From positions 1-64,000 of the IMG/VR virus record IMGVR_UViG_3300032304_001768: a DNA stretch of 64,000 nucleotides. One strand, written 5' to 3'. Both the position numbers and the translations under genes were made by a program. This stretch comes from a virus. Positions 51,587 to 61,177 of this stretch are shown in pieces (within the stretch, counting starts at the first letter, position 1; the number at the start of each line of letters is the position of its first letter). The notes under the pieces are model-generated. The model was not told the origin of the DNA and did not search any database. It saw only the letters and a program-made list of their open reading frames with translations.

Positions 51587-53179
51587 ATGTCAGCGATTTA
51601 CAAAAACCGAACTATTATCAATCAAAGAGCGGCGTCTATTGATATTGATAACACTACAAACAATGAAAAGATACAAATCTCTCATAGAAGTGGTAGTAAC
51701 ATAAATTTGTCAAATGAGACAAATTCGGAATTGGCTACGAACAACAAACAGACCAAAGTTATCAATGACAATTTCCATACTGTTAATAAAAACAGTGTAG
51801 AGTTCGTAGGTAAAGATAAGACAGAGCGAATTGGAGAAAACCATTATATTCTAAAGGGATTCACAAAGCAAAGCGAATTGGACGCTTTCAATCAATGGAA
51901 AGATGCATTTAGACCGATTGCGTTGAACAACAGTCAGTTTAAAATTCAACGAGGAGGTTACAGCTATCCAAATGGTGTCGCTACTCCACAGGCAGGATCA
52001 AGAGCATCCAACCCAGTGTTAAATTCTATATCCACATCAGTAAAGAATTCATTTAGTGGTTATACAAAAACACCAATCAGAGACTCTACCAGAGATGATG
52101 TCACCAATTACACTCCAGTAGCAGTTAGACAAGGAACTGGAGCCACTCAACACAGTGTAGCTGGCGTTTTGATAGATAAAAGCGCAGGAGCGTCAGGTTC
52201 AAATGCTCCGGGAGTTGCTACAGTTGGATCTGCTCAAAGTGCCGCAACTGAAAGTGGTAGCTGGGCAACCAACACAGCATCAACGACAATTGCATCACAA
52301 TTGGAACAAATTCAGTCCGCGTTGTTACCTATTGAACAATCAATGGGTAATGGAGGAGATGATATTCAGTTCACAAAGAAAAATAAAGTGAGCACAATCG
52401 GTGCTGCATTCAATGATTTTCCATCTGTTCGAATTGATGAATTAGGCAGAAGTCAGCCGTTTGAAATGCTTGTGAGTGATGTAGGAGCTTTTAAAAATCA
52501 CGATACAGTTCCTGTTGTGGAAGAAGTTGACAACGCTTCGATGTTTCCATGTGGAGAAGAAACAAACGTTGTTGGTAACAGATATAATTTACTCGCTGGT
52601 TCTGGCGGTATAAACTTAAAAACCACGGGCGGTATTGAATTGGGCGGAACCGTTTTAAAAACAGGCTTTAAGAAAATCCATTTGAATTCATCTCATGGAT
52701 TGCATTTAATGTCTGAAAACGTGGTCGAATTGACCAGTTTAAAATCAATTGTATTGAGAACTCCTCGACAAGTATTTGTCGAGGGCTCTTTAGGTGTCAA
52801 TGGAGATGTAGTTATTGGAGGAGGCGCTTATGTGGAAGGAGAAACTTATGTTCAGCACATAACAGCCCCTGTTGAAATTCAACAGACAGAAGATACTATT
52901 TTGTATAGTAAATTTAAAACTAACGCACCCCGCTCCTTGATAATTGGAGAGGTGCAGTTTGATATTAACGATTGGCGTCCAGTTTATGCATCATCCGAAC
53001 AGGATTTGATTGTGTCTCCCGCACACAGCCACCACTTCAAGAACATTCCATTGAGATTAACTAAATCTAATTCAGATGTTCGTAAATTTGCGCAGAGTGA
53101 AGGAGTTAACAATCACTTGGCGGTGTCTAAGTCACTTCCTCAGACACACACCAAGAAAACAGTTGATGTATCAAATTAA
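51587..53179 (+). CDS. Baseplate spike, gp5 C-terminal beta-helix-like
   Basis: 'IDNT...E.I...HRSGS', beta-helix-like repeats, distal 'HSHH' metal-binding tip motif. Confidence 0.75.
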   Translation: MSAIYKNRTIINQRAASIDIDNTTNNEKIQISHRSGSNINLSNETNSELATNNKQTKVINDNFHTVNKNSVEFVGKDKTERIGENHYILKGFTKQSELDAFNQWKDAFRPIALNNSQFKIQRGGYSYPNGVATPQAGSRASNPVLNSISTSVKNSFSGYTKTPIRDSTRDDVTNYTPVAVRQGTGATQHSVAGVLIDKSAGASGSNAPGVATVGSAQSAATESGSWATNTASTTIASQLEQIQSALLPIEQSMGNGGDDIQFTKKNKVSTIGAAFNDFPSVRIDELGRSQPFEMLVSDVGAFKNHDTVPVVEEVDNASMFPCGEETNVVGNRYNLLAGSGGINLKTTGGIELGGTVLKTGFKKIHLNSSHGLHLMSENVVELTSLKSIVLRTPRQVFVEGSLGVNGDVVIGGGAYVEGETYVQHITAPVEIQQTEDTILYSKFKTNAPRSLIIGEVQFDINDWRPVYASSEQDLIVSPAHSHHFKNIPLRLTKSNSDVRKFAQSEGVNNHLAVSKSLPQTHTKKTVDVSN

Positions 53180-53847
53180 ATGATTTCGTCAACCAATCCA
53201 TATTGAAGACACTCTTCAGCAGTAAGCCAAATATCTTTCTTCAATAGTTCATCAATCTTCTTAACAGGAAGCTTTGTGTGTTCCTTGTAGAAGCTTTTCA
53301 GAATGCTCATGAGATTGGTTACATTGTATATTTCATCTTCCAACTCACTAAATTTGCCATACATGCCACCTGAGATTTGGTGAATTAGAATGTGGGAATA
53401 TTTTCCGATAACTCTGTGGTCTCCCATTAGAGCTATGAAAGTCGCTGCACTAGCAGCATAGCCATCTACATAAGTATAGACTTTTGATTTCATAGTTCTA
53501 ATTGTATCAACAATTGCAAATGCTGGATAAACTTCTCCTCCATCACTTGCAATGTGCAAATGACAAACAGGTTCAAAATCATCACCCAATGTATTCTTGA
53601 TATTTTGAAGCTTTACATCAAGATCCAGCAATGTTCTGTTGAGATCCAATGCTGCTGTTTGATCGATGCTTCCGTAAAAAAATATCTTATTGTCCAATAC
53701 TCTGATAGATCCTTGGGGATTCCAAGTTTCATTTGATGTCGGAGCTTGCATATTCAGATAAATGGGAACTTGTTGTAAAACTTGTTCGTCTTCTTCGCTT
53801 GCTTTATATTTCCATCGTTTCATAAGAATGTTTTTGTTAGGCTTCAC
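53176..53847 (-). CDS. ClpP-like serine protease
   Basis: 'I.SDGGEV', catalytic Ser in 'AASAA', His in 'LIHQ', 'D.WL.AEEC..YGLVDEI'; start uncertain. Confidence 0.9.
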   Translation of the reverse strand: MKPNKNILMKRWKYKASEEDEQVLQQVPIYLNMQAPTSNETWNPQGSIRVLDNKIFFYGSIDQTAALDLNRTLLDLDVKLQNIKNTLGDDFEPVCHLHIASDGGEVYPAFAIVDTIRTMKSKVYTYVDGYAASAATFIALMGDHRVIGKYSHILIHQISGGMYGKFSELEDEIYNVTNLMSILKSFYKEHTKLPVKKIDELLKKDIWLTAEECLQYGLVDEII

Positions 53848-56656
53848 ACGTTGTGCAATTCAAGATATTTCTGGCCAACTCTTGAGCAGGGTTGCTGCTT
53901 CTTTGATAGTAGAAGCTCTTGATTCCATTTTCCCATCCAAAAATCATAAGTTCATTAACTTCTTTTGGTTTGGTATTTGGTGGAATCATAAGATTCAGAC
54001 TTTGGCCTTGATCTATGAATTTCTGGCGTTGAATTGCTTGAATGACAATTTCCTTTTGGGAAATTTCTCCGAATGTTTTGAACACATCCTTTTCCTCTTG
54101 TGTAAGGAATTTAAGATGCTGAACACTTCCACCACGAACAAGAATACTCTTCCAAGTAACTTGATTGTTTTTATCTTTGGATTCGAGCAGTTTGATTAGA
54201 TAAGGATTCTTAAAGGTGAATTTACCTTTAGCAAGATCCTTTGTGTAATAGTTGCTATTCAAAGGTTCAATACTTGGAGAGACCTGACCAAGAATAAATG
54301 AGCTTGATGTTGTAGGAGCAACTGCGAGAGTTGTTACATTTCTACGACATTGATCGCTACCAATATAAATTGGAGCGCATCCAAACAACTTAGCAAGTTC
54401 TTCGGTTGCCTTGTCAGCTTTCTCTCGGATCTTACTCCAAACAGACATATTCAGAAGTTTAGCATCCATTGATTCAAATGCAATCATTTTATCTTGAAGA
54501 AGGCTATGCCATCCCAAAACACCAACACCCAATGCGCGTTGATTAACTGCAAAGTTTCTTGGAGCTTCCATGAATTTAACATTGGTGGTTTTAGTAATGA
54601 ATTCTGACATAACAGCATCCAAGAAGTAAACCAAAGTCTCAACAGCGTCTGTATCTTTCCACTCTTCCCATTTTTCAAGATTTAAAGATGAAAGATCACA
54701 AACAAACGATTCATTTTCATCATTTGAAAGGAAAATCTCAGAACAAAGATTTGAATTGTGAATTTTTCTTCCTGTTGCTTTATAAATTTCAGGAGCCTGA
54801 TCGTTGGCATTGTCGCTGAAGAAAATGTAAGGATAACCGCTTTCAAAACGTTTTTGAATAACCTTACCCCAAATCTTACGCTTTGTCGCGTCTCCTGCAA
54901 TCATGGAAGACATCCAATCATTGGAAACACAAACGCCAATACTCATATCCTGAATTTCATGACCATCAGAACGTATCTTTAGGAATTCTTCAATATCAGG
55001 ATGATCAATTGGTAGATAACCTGCGAATGATCCACGACGAACATTACCTTGCGATACGACGTTCATAAGCTTGTTATAAAGCTCCATGAAGTGAACTGCG
55101 CCAGTAGATGACCCACCTGATGATATAGACGCTCCACGACCTCGTAGTGCGCCAAAATAGCCACTTGTGCCGCCTCCAGCCTTGGTCATTTGACCAACCT
55201 CTGCCAAAGTGTTTAGAATGCCTTCCATGGTATCTGGAATGTAAGATCCAAAACAATTATGCAATACTACACCAGATGCGCTAAAAGAATGATCTTCATC
55301 TACTGTGAAGTCATAAACATCCTCAACCTTTTCAGTAAGATGCAATTCTTTAATTTTGGCATATCGCAACCCATCGTAAAATTTAATAGCTGAATTGCTG
55401 TTATTTTTTGAATACTTGTCATTATATTTTCTAAAATTGCATGTATACGTGTGTGGTGTGGTTGATAAAACAGAAGATTTTTCTTGCATTTGTAATGACA
55501 TTCCCAGACCTAGCTTCAAACCGATTTGATATATTTGAAGAAGCATTTTAGGATTTGCCACCGTTATTCTACAATCTTGGCACTTAGTTATAGTCCCATC
55601 ACCAGCCAACAAGCCATCTAAGAAATATTTTAATTTCTGTTTGGGTAATTCCATAATCCATTCTGGAATCAATTTATTCTTACATCCATCACCAAATGAA
55701 TGAAACAAATTTCCAATTATTTGAGAATTAACATCGGTAGTTAGCCAAGTATAGATAACATCACCTCTTTTAGTAGAGCCTGTATAAGTATTACCATTTA
55801 AATTCAATTTAGACTTCATAATATTCAACCATTTATGTGTCAATTCAGCTTCGTCTTTATCATTTGTTGTTATTCGTATCCCGACAGGTTCTTTTTTGTT
55901 ATTTTTGGAAACGCTACCTTCAGCAAACCAAAGTCCAAACGCCCACGCCAAATCTTCATCAATTTCTATAAATTCGAATGGGTTTGAAAAATACTCTACT
56001 GTTTTTCCATTTTTGGTAGTTTTTGATTTGGTATTTTTTGAAATTTCTTTGTAAATCTTTCCATCGATAACATGTGGGTTGTAACTATTACAAAACGATT
56101 TCATATCTATTGTGTAGTCCTTCTCAACACTCTCAATATCACCGTTGATCGCAACGAGATGCAGATCAGGATTAAGTTCGTCGGTTCGCACCCATCCCAC
56201 GTTAGTTAAAACTAAATGATTGCCTGTTAGATAAAGAGGAGTCATTCTATTAGAAACTTTTAATTTAAAAATATTATTTTTATTTTTAGTTGGTATAATA
56301 TCAATAACTTTTCTATAACGTCCCCGGTGGGTGAGAACTTCGTCTCCAATTTCTATATCCTTTGCCATTTTACCTCCACCGCTCTTTGTATTAATCCAAG
56401 TGTCACCAACGACACAACTAATAGGCAATCCACGAAGTCTTCCAAAGTTTGAAATTATAGGACTTGAAATTGAATAAAAACCTCTACTTAAGTAGTCTTC
56501 AAACTTATTCGCAAATCCATCAATTCCCAAATAACGCTCTGCTGTTTTTGCTATATCTTTAAACCTTTCTTCTGGTGTTTCACCTTCTAAAAGATATCCT
56601 CTTTCCAGAAATTTTCTGGAATCCTCATTAAGCCAATAGTATTTTGTGTTTATCAT
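53837..56656 (-). CDS. nrdA: Class I ribonucleotide reductase large subunit, intein-containing, no ATP-cone
   Basis: 'PISC', 'GGGTS', 'QGNVRRGS', 'SNLCSEI', 'APTTSSS', 'DQGQSLNL', 'YY', C-terminal CxxC. Confidence 0.96.
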   Translation of the reverse strand: MINTKYYWLNEDSRKFLERGYLLEGETPEERFKDIAKTAERYLGIDGFANKFEDYLSRGFYSISSPIISNFGRLRGLPISCVVGDTWINTKSGGGKMAKDIEIGDEVLTHRGRYRKVIDIIPTKNKNNIFKLKVSNRMTPLYLTGNHLVLTNVGWVRTDELNPDLHLVAINGDIESVEKDYTIDMKSFCNSYNPHVIDGKIYKEISKNTKSKTTKNGKTVEYFSNPFEFIEIDEDLAWAFGLWFAEGSVSKNNKKEPVGIRITTNDKDEAELTHKWLNIMKSKLNLNGNTYTGSTKRGDVIYTWLTTDVNSQIIGNLFHSFGDGCKNKLIPEWIMELPKQKLKYFLDGLLAGDGTITKCQDCRITVANPKMLLQIYQIGLKLGLGMSLQMQEKSSVLSTTPHTYTCNFRKYNDKYSKNNSNSAIKFYDGLRYAKIKELHLTEKVEDVYDFTVDEDHSFSASGVVLHNCFGSYIPDTMEGILNTLAEVGQMTKAGGGTSGYFGALRGRGASISSGGSSTGAVHFMELYNKLMNVVSQGNVRRGSFAGYLPIDHPDIEEFLKIRSDGHEIQDMSIGVCVSNDWMSSMIAGDATKRKIWGKVIQKRFESGYPYIFFSDNANDQAPEIYKATGRKIHNSNLCSEIFLSNDENESFVCDLSSLNLEKWEEWKDTDAVETLVYFLDAVMSEFITKTTNVKFMEAPRNFAVNQRALGVGVLGWHSLLQDKMIAFESMDAKLLNMSVWSKIREKADKATEELAKLFGCAPIYIGSDQCRRNVTTLAVAPTTSSSFILGQVSPSIEPLNSNYYTKDLAKGKFTFKNPYLIKLLESKDKNNQVTWKSILVRGGSVQHLKFLTQEEKDVFKTFGEISQKEIVIQAIQRQKFIDQGQSLNLMIPPNTKPKEVNELMIFGWENGIKSFYYQRSSNPAQELARNILNCTTCEA
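55256..56416 (-). mobile_element. Intein with LAGLIDADG homing endonuclease in nrdA (387 aa)
   Basis: N-terminal 'CVVGDT', block B 'TGNH', 'GLWFAEG' and 'GLLAGDG' motifs, C-terminal 'VYDFTV...HN' followed by Cys. Confidence 0.95.
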
Positions 56657-56669
56657 ATTCATTAAATTT

Positions 56670-57098
56670 TTAGTTTGGAATAGATTCCAATAATTTTTTA
56701 GCGACTTCAATCGCTTCATCTTCCGAAACTGTCGTGTCGAATGGACCATCTGGGTCGTTTATAATTTGCTCCAACCCTTCAGAAGCAATATCATAACTGT
56801 TCAAATAATCAACTCCAAAATATTCGGATAAAGCTTTATTTGTCATTAAACCATTGACATCCAAATATTTCCCACTTGGATGTTCTACGACAACGTGAGA
56901 ATATTCTATATCATTATCGCCATCATCTTCATCATACCATCCCTCACCATCAGGATCTGATAAGATATAAATTCGCCATCCAGTTAACTTGTTCAATGCC
57001 AATGCTAAAATTGCACAATTCCCTTGCATATATGAATCAATATCAAATTGATTGTTTAAATTTTCATACAATGCCCTTAATTTATTATAATCGTTCAT
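56670..57098 (-). CDS. Hypothetical protein with possible papain/transglutaminase-like Cys-His-Asp triad
   Basis: 'GNCAILA', 'SHVVV', 'YLDVNG'. Confidence 0.65.
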   Translation of the reverse strand: MNDYNKLRALYENLNNQFDIDSYMQGNCAILALALNKLTGWRIYILSDPDGEGWYDEDDGDNDIEYSHVVVEHPSGKYLDVNGLMTNKALSEYFGVDYLNSYDIASEGLEQIINDPDGPFDTTVSEDEAIEVAKKLLESIPN

Positions 57099-57101
57099 AA
57101 A

Positions 57102-58076
57102 TTAAAATAATTCACTTTCGTCAAAACATTGGGCCTTTTTTGTGTAACCCGTGTCTTTGCTATGGAAAAAGTCGGTCATGTTGTTTCCTAGAAGTTCCTC
57201 ATCAAACCACACAGTTTTGGAAAGTAAATCCTGATCGACATCAAAAACTGGCAAAAATCCAATTTGCTCCAAAGATTCGTTGATTCTGTTCTTGATGAAT
57301 TCTTTTAGAATAGGAGCGGACAAGCCATCTTCTTCCAAACCATTGATCATCCAATCGATGATTTTACTTTCTGCTTTGAAAGCTTCTTGTGCTTCTTGTG
57401 CAATTTTAACAGAAAGTTCACCATCAAATAATTCAGGAAGTTCTTCTCTGATGGTATTGATTATTTTAATACCCACCAATGCATGGATATTTTCTTCGTT
57501 GCGTGTATACTTGACCTGTTGATCAGTATCTTTCAAAACATTTTTGAAACGAGCAAACCAATTAATAATGTAGAATTGGGAGAACAATGAAACGTTCTCA
57601 ACGAACAAAGTAAACAAGATCAAAGCATACAAATATTGTTTCTTGGAATCTTTGTAGAATTTGTGAGTGTATTTTTTCAAATACTTGACTCGCCCTTGAA
57701 TGAAGTCTAATTTCAGGTTTTCTTCAAAAATGTCTTCAAGCTCCAACACGGTAAGCAATCTTTCGTAAGCATTGTTGTGAATCACTTCAATGTTTGCCAT
57801 TACATACCCCAGATCTTGAAGAGCGGGATGTGGAAGGTTGTCGCCCAGCTTGGCCCAAAAGGTTTTGACTGCAACTTCGATCTGCCCAACAGCAGAAAGG
57901 GTGCGGACGATGATTTCTCTCAATTGATCGTCCAGATCAACTTTGAACTGCTGTAGATCGCTTTTAAAGTTGAATTCTTTGTCGGTCCAGAAGCCGTTGT
58001 GCATGGCTTCGATGAACTGCTCTGTCCAAGGGTATCTGTTCGGTTTTCTGCTGATTTGCTCGTCAAAAATTGTCAT
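57102..58076 (-). CDS. nrdB: Ribonucleotide reductase small subunit
   Basis: 'EVIHNNAY', 'VENVSLFSQF', 'EENIH', C-terminal 'DFF'; start set at MTIFDEQ. Confidence 0.95.
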   Translation of the reverse strand: MTIFDEQISRKPNRYPWTEQFIEAMHNGFWTDKEFNFKSDLQQFKVDLDDQLREIIVRTLSAVGQIEVAVKTFWAKLGDNLPHPALQDLGYVMANIEVIHNNAYERLLTVLELEDIFEENLKLDFIQGRVKYLKKYTHKFYKDSKKQYLYALILFTLFVENVSLFSQFYIINWFARFKNVLKDTDQQVKYTRNEENIHALVGIKIINTIREELPELFDGELSVKIAQEAQEAFKAESKIIDWMINGLEEDGLSAPILKEFIKNRINESLEQIGFLPVFDVDQDLLSKTVWFDEELLGNNMTDFFHSKDTGYTKKAQCFDESELF

Positions 58077-58209
58077 GGTAGTCGTCGGTTCGTGTATTGT
58101 ATCTGATGTCATCGGTTTGTCAAATTGGTTTCGTTCGATTATTTAGCGCGTGTTTTTGATGATGCTGGGTTCTTCTAAAAAATAGATTTTTGATTAAATA
58201 GTGTTACGC

Positions 58210-58557
58210 ATGCACAAAAATTGGATCTCAGAAATTGACTTGATGTTGGAGGGATATCCTGCTTATATGCAACCTCCTCAGACTACGGGCGGTATGCAAA
58301 GAGCGCAGATTTCAAACGTTTCGTATCCCAAAGGTGTGCTTGGTATGCCTGACAATTCAATGTTTAACACAAGTCTGGCAAACTCTAATACGTCAGTAAG
58401 ATCAGACGAGCAAGAAGAAACTCCTGTAATGGTGGATTGCAATAAAATCCTACAGCATATCAATGAGTTAGAATCCGACTTGGATCACAATTCAAATTCC
58501 GATAGAACTGCTTTGATGTGCTTGAAAAAACTTTCCAGATATATTAGTAAATTATGA
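58210..58557 (+). CDS. Hypothetical late protein
   Basis: TAAATA at 58195-58200; ATG at 58210. Confidence 0.65.
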   Translation: MHKNWISEIDLMLEGYPAYMQPPQTTGGMQRAQISNVSYPKGVLGMPDNSMFNTSLANSNTSVRSDEQEETPVMVDCNKILQHINELESDLDHNSNSDRTALMCLKKLSRYISKL

Positions 58558-59480
58558 AAAAGGACGAAAATAACGATATTGGTAAACTTTATGAAAATTT
58601 CATTTTGAATGAAAATTATAATTATTTGGTTCAACATTTTCAATCACTTCTTGATAAAGAAGTTGAAATAGTAGGTAAAAAAAATATAAATAATGAACTA
58701 CAAGACTACTTAGTCAAAGGAGAATTAGTAGAAATTAAACCAAATGGTTTGAGTATTTTATATACTTCGATACGTCCATCAGACGCATTTAAAAATTTAG
58801 GAAAATTTGATGATGAAATCTTCATACCTTTTAGTCATATAGCAGCAGCAGCCAATGACCCAATGTTATATGTGCCAGATATACCACACTCTAAGTCTGG
58901 AAAAAAGAAATTTGGAAAGGCGATGGGTTCATTTGATGAGTATGAAAAAATGGAAACAGAAACAGAATATGAAAAAAATCAAAGATTAATGTCTAAAAAA
59001 TTTCCGTGGATTGCTAATTTAATGGCAGATAATGATCTGATGAGTAATTTTGTATATGATGCAAAAAGTGATACTTTGGTATATAGTGTTGCCTTTATGC
59101 CAGATTATGTAAAAAAACATAAAGCTATAGAAATAGCAAAACAAGTATTCCCAAGATTAAAAGAAGGAATGGATTTTTATAGTCATAAAAAAACAGCAAT
59201 ATTTATAAATAATGTTAAGTTTTATAATATTGCACGTGCTATCGGAGATGAGTTAAAATCCTATGATGTTTCAATTGATAATGTGCAAACTGGTTATTGG
59301 GATTTGGTGTTAACTATTCATAAAGCATCATCAGAACCACCAAATAAATTAATCAAAGCATCTGATTTATTTTATAAAAGTGTTGAATATTTATCAGGTG
59401 AAGAACCAGAAGAGCTAGACGAATCGTTTTTAAACTATGATTTATCAGATTACACAAAATTAATTTATGAAAAGCTTTGA
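58554..59480 (+). CDS. Hypothetical protein
   Basis: 308 aa; leader 'MKKDENNDIGKLYENFILNE'. Confidence 0.75.
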   Translation: MKKDENNDIGKLYENFILNENYNYLVQHFQSLLDKEVEIVGKKNINNELQDYLVKGELVEIKPNGLSILYTSIRPSDAFKNLGKFDDEIFIPFSHIAAAANDPMLYVPDIPHSKSGKKKFGKAMGSFDEYEKMETETEYEKNQRLMSKKFPWIANLMADNDLMSNFVYDAKSDTLVYSVAFMPDYVKKHKAIEIAKQVFPRLKEGMDFYSHKKTAIFINNVKFYNIARAIGDELKSYDVSIDNVQTGYWDLVLTIHKASSEPPNKLIKASDLFYKSVEYLSGEEPEELDESFLNYDLSDYTKLIYEKL

Positions 59481-60333
59481 AGAATATTTCATGACAGAAA
59501 TGGCACTTACTGATTTTAAAAAAATTGGTAAGTGGAATGATCCTAAAAATAGACACGGTTACGATAAGCAAAGTGTCGCTATATTGAATTCTGATGCTGG
59601 TGTTAAAAAAATACAAGATAAATTCAATAATATCAATATTGCTGATTTTAATTTATATTTTGTCAAAAAACCAAATGCATCCAAAGCTAGAGAACTTGGT
59701 AAGGTTAGCGAGGAGTCTTTGAAAGATTATACCGGAGTTGAAATTGGTAAGGATATTCCAGTTCCATCAGAAGATTCTATTACTATTGTATTTACAAATA
59801 ATGCAGCTGCTGAAAAAGTCCCCTTGACATATTGGACCATCGCCCATAGAATAGGTCATGCCTTTGATGCTACTGAACGTAGAAATTATAGAAGTGGTAA
59901 TTACAGAGCCACTTTCATGAATAGATTAGATAAATTATTGGATAATATTTTAAAAGAATGTTATAATTATAATATTTCTAAATCTTCTTATAATAGAGAA
60001 TTGATATTTGCAGCAATACCAGAAATTAGAAATTTCTTTGAATCTATTGGTAAATTTAGAAGTGCTAGAATGAAAAAACTTTTTAGATCTAGTGAATTTG
60101 TATATGAATGTTTTGCTCAGTATCTATTGTCGAATGGTAATTTAACATTTAATGATTTTCCTAAGTATATAAAGACTTCTAATAAAAAGGCGTGGGGTCG
60201 TGATATTGGAGGCACTTTAAAATTACAAGATGAATATGCTGCTGAAAATTTCAAAACTGAATTGATTGATCTTATGTCTGATTATTTTGATTATTTGATT
60301 GGTAGCCACATCAATTCAATCAACATAATGTGA
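59467..60333 (+). CDS. Hypothetical protein with zincin-like HxxxH motif
   Basis: 'IAHRIGHAF' plus distal 'EFVYE'; leader 'MKSFEEYFMTE'. Confidence 0.75.
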   Translation: MKSFEEYFMTEMALTDFKKIGKWNDPKNRHGYDKQSVAILNSDAGVKKIQDKFNNINIADFNLYFVKKPNASKARELGKVSEESLKDYTGVEIGKDIPVPSEDSITIVFTNNAAAEKVPLTYWTIAHRIGHAFDATERRNYRSGNYRATFMNRLDKLLDNILKECYNYNISKSSYNRELIFAAIPEIRNFFESIGKFRSARMKKLFRSSEFVYECFAQYLLSNGNLTFNDFPKYIKTSNKKAWGRDIGGTLKLQDEYAAENFKTELIDLMSDYFDYLIGSHINSINIM

Positions 60334-60370
60334 CTTGACAATCGAAAACGGTGTGGTAAATTGGCGTTGT

Positions 60371-61027
60371 ATGGACACAAATTACACCCACATCACATTC
60401 GTTTTGGATCAATCTGGAAGCATGGCATCTTGTTGGAAGGACGCTATTGGTGGTCTAGCATCGACCATCAGCGATCAAAAGCAGCTGGATTCTAAATGCA
60501 CCTTCAGCCTTTTCAGCTTTGACAACGCCGTCGAGACTCATTTGGATTTTGCCGATATCAAGCTTGTGAGCGAAGCTGTCGAAGAATTTGGAATTCACCC
60601 AAGAGGAAGCACCGCATTGTATGATGCAATTGGACGCGCTGTTGTTCAAACTGGAGCGACTTTGAATGCTCTCGCAGAGAACGACCGTCCGGGAAGAGTC
60701 TTGGTGGTTATTCAAACAGACGGAGAGGAAAATTCATCAAGAGAATATACTGCTGCCAAAGTCAAAGCTCTGATTGAAGAACAAACCAATAAGTATTCTT
60801 GGGACTTTATGTTTGTCGGAGCCGATCAAAATAGTGTTTTGACAGCTACACGCACTCTCGGGGTTGCTGCTGCTAACACTTCGTTCTACAGCACGACCGA
60901 TACCTTGGAAACATTCAACGTTCTTTCTTCTAAAATGAAGAACATGCGCAGCGCATCACAGGATACCTATAAGACCTACGCAGCGTTTACTCAAGAAGAA
61001 AAAACGCTAATGGCAGGAAAAGAGTAA
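60371..61027 (+). CDS. von Willebrand factor A domain protein
   Basis: MIDAS 'DQSGSM', 'TALYDAIG', 'TDGEENSS', 'F.GA'; start after TTGACA-N16-TAAATT. Confidence 0.92.
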   Translation: MDTNYTHITFVLDQSGSMASCWKDAIGGLASTISDQKQLDSKCTFSLFSFDNAVETHLDFADIKLVSEAVEEFGIHPRGSTALYDAIGRAVVQTGATLNALAENDRPGRVLVVIQTDGEENSSREYTAAKVKALIEEQTNKYSWDFMFVGADQNSVLTATRTLGVAAANTSFYSTTDTLETFNVLSSKMKNMRSASQDTYKTYAAFTQEEKTLMAGKE

Positions 61028-61177
61028 AAATAATCAAAAAATAAATTCAATCAGACTAAATACCTTTACAGCAAATGAAACCATCGTCAGATCAACGCTA
61101 TCTCACAGTAGCCGGATTTAATCTAAATCCGATTGATGGGGTGTAATTTGTTGGATCGTAAAATAATCTGATGAATG

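Noticed and set aside
60371-61027. vWA gene as the Ro60 partner of the Y-like RNA
   Set aside because: About 218 aa and lacking the TROVE domain; it is a stand-alone vWA protein.
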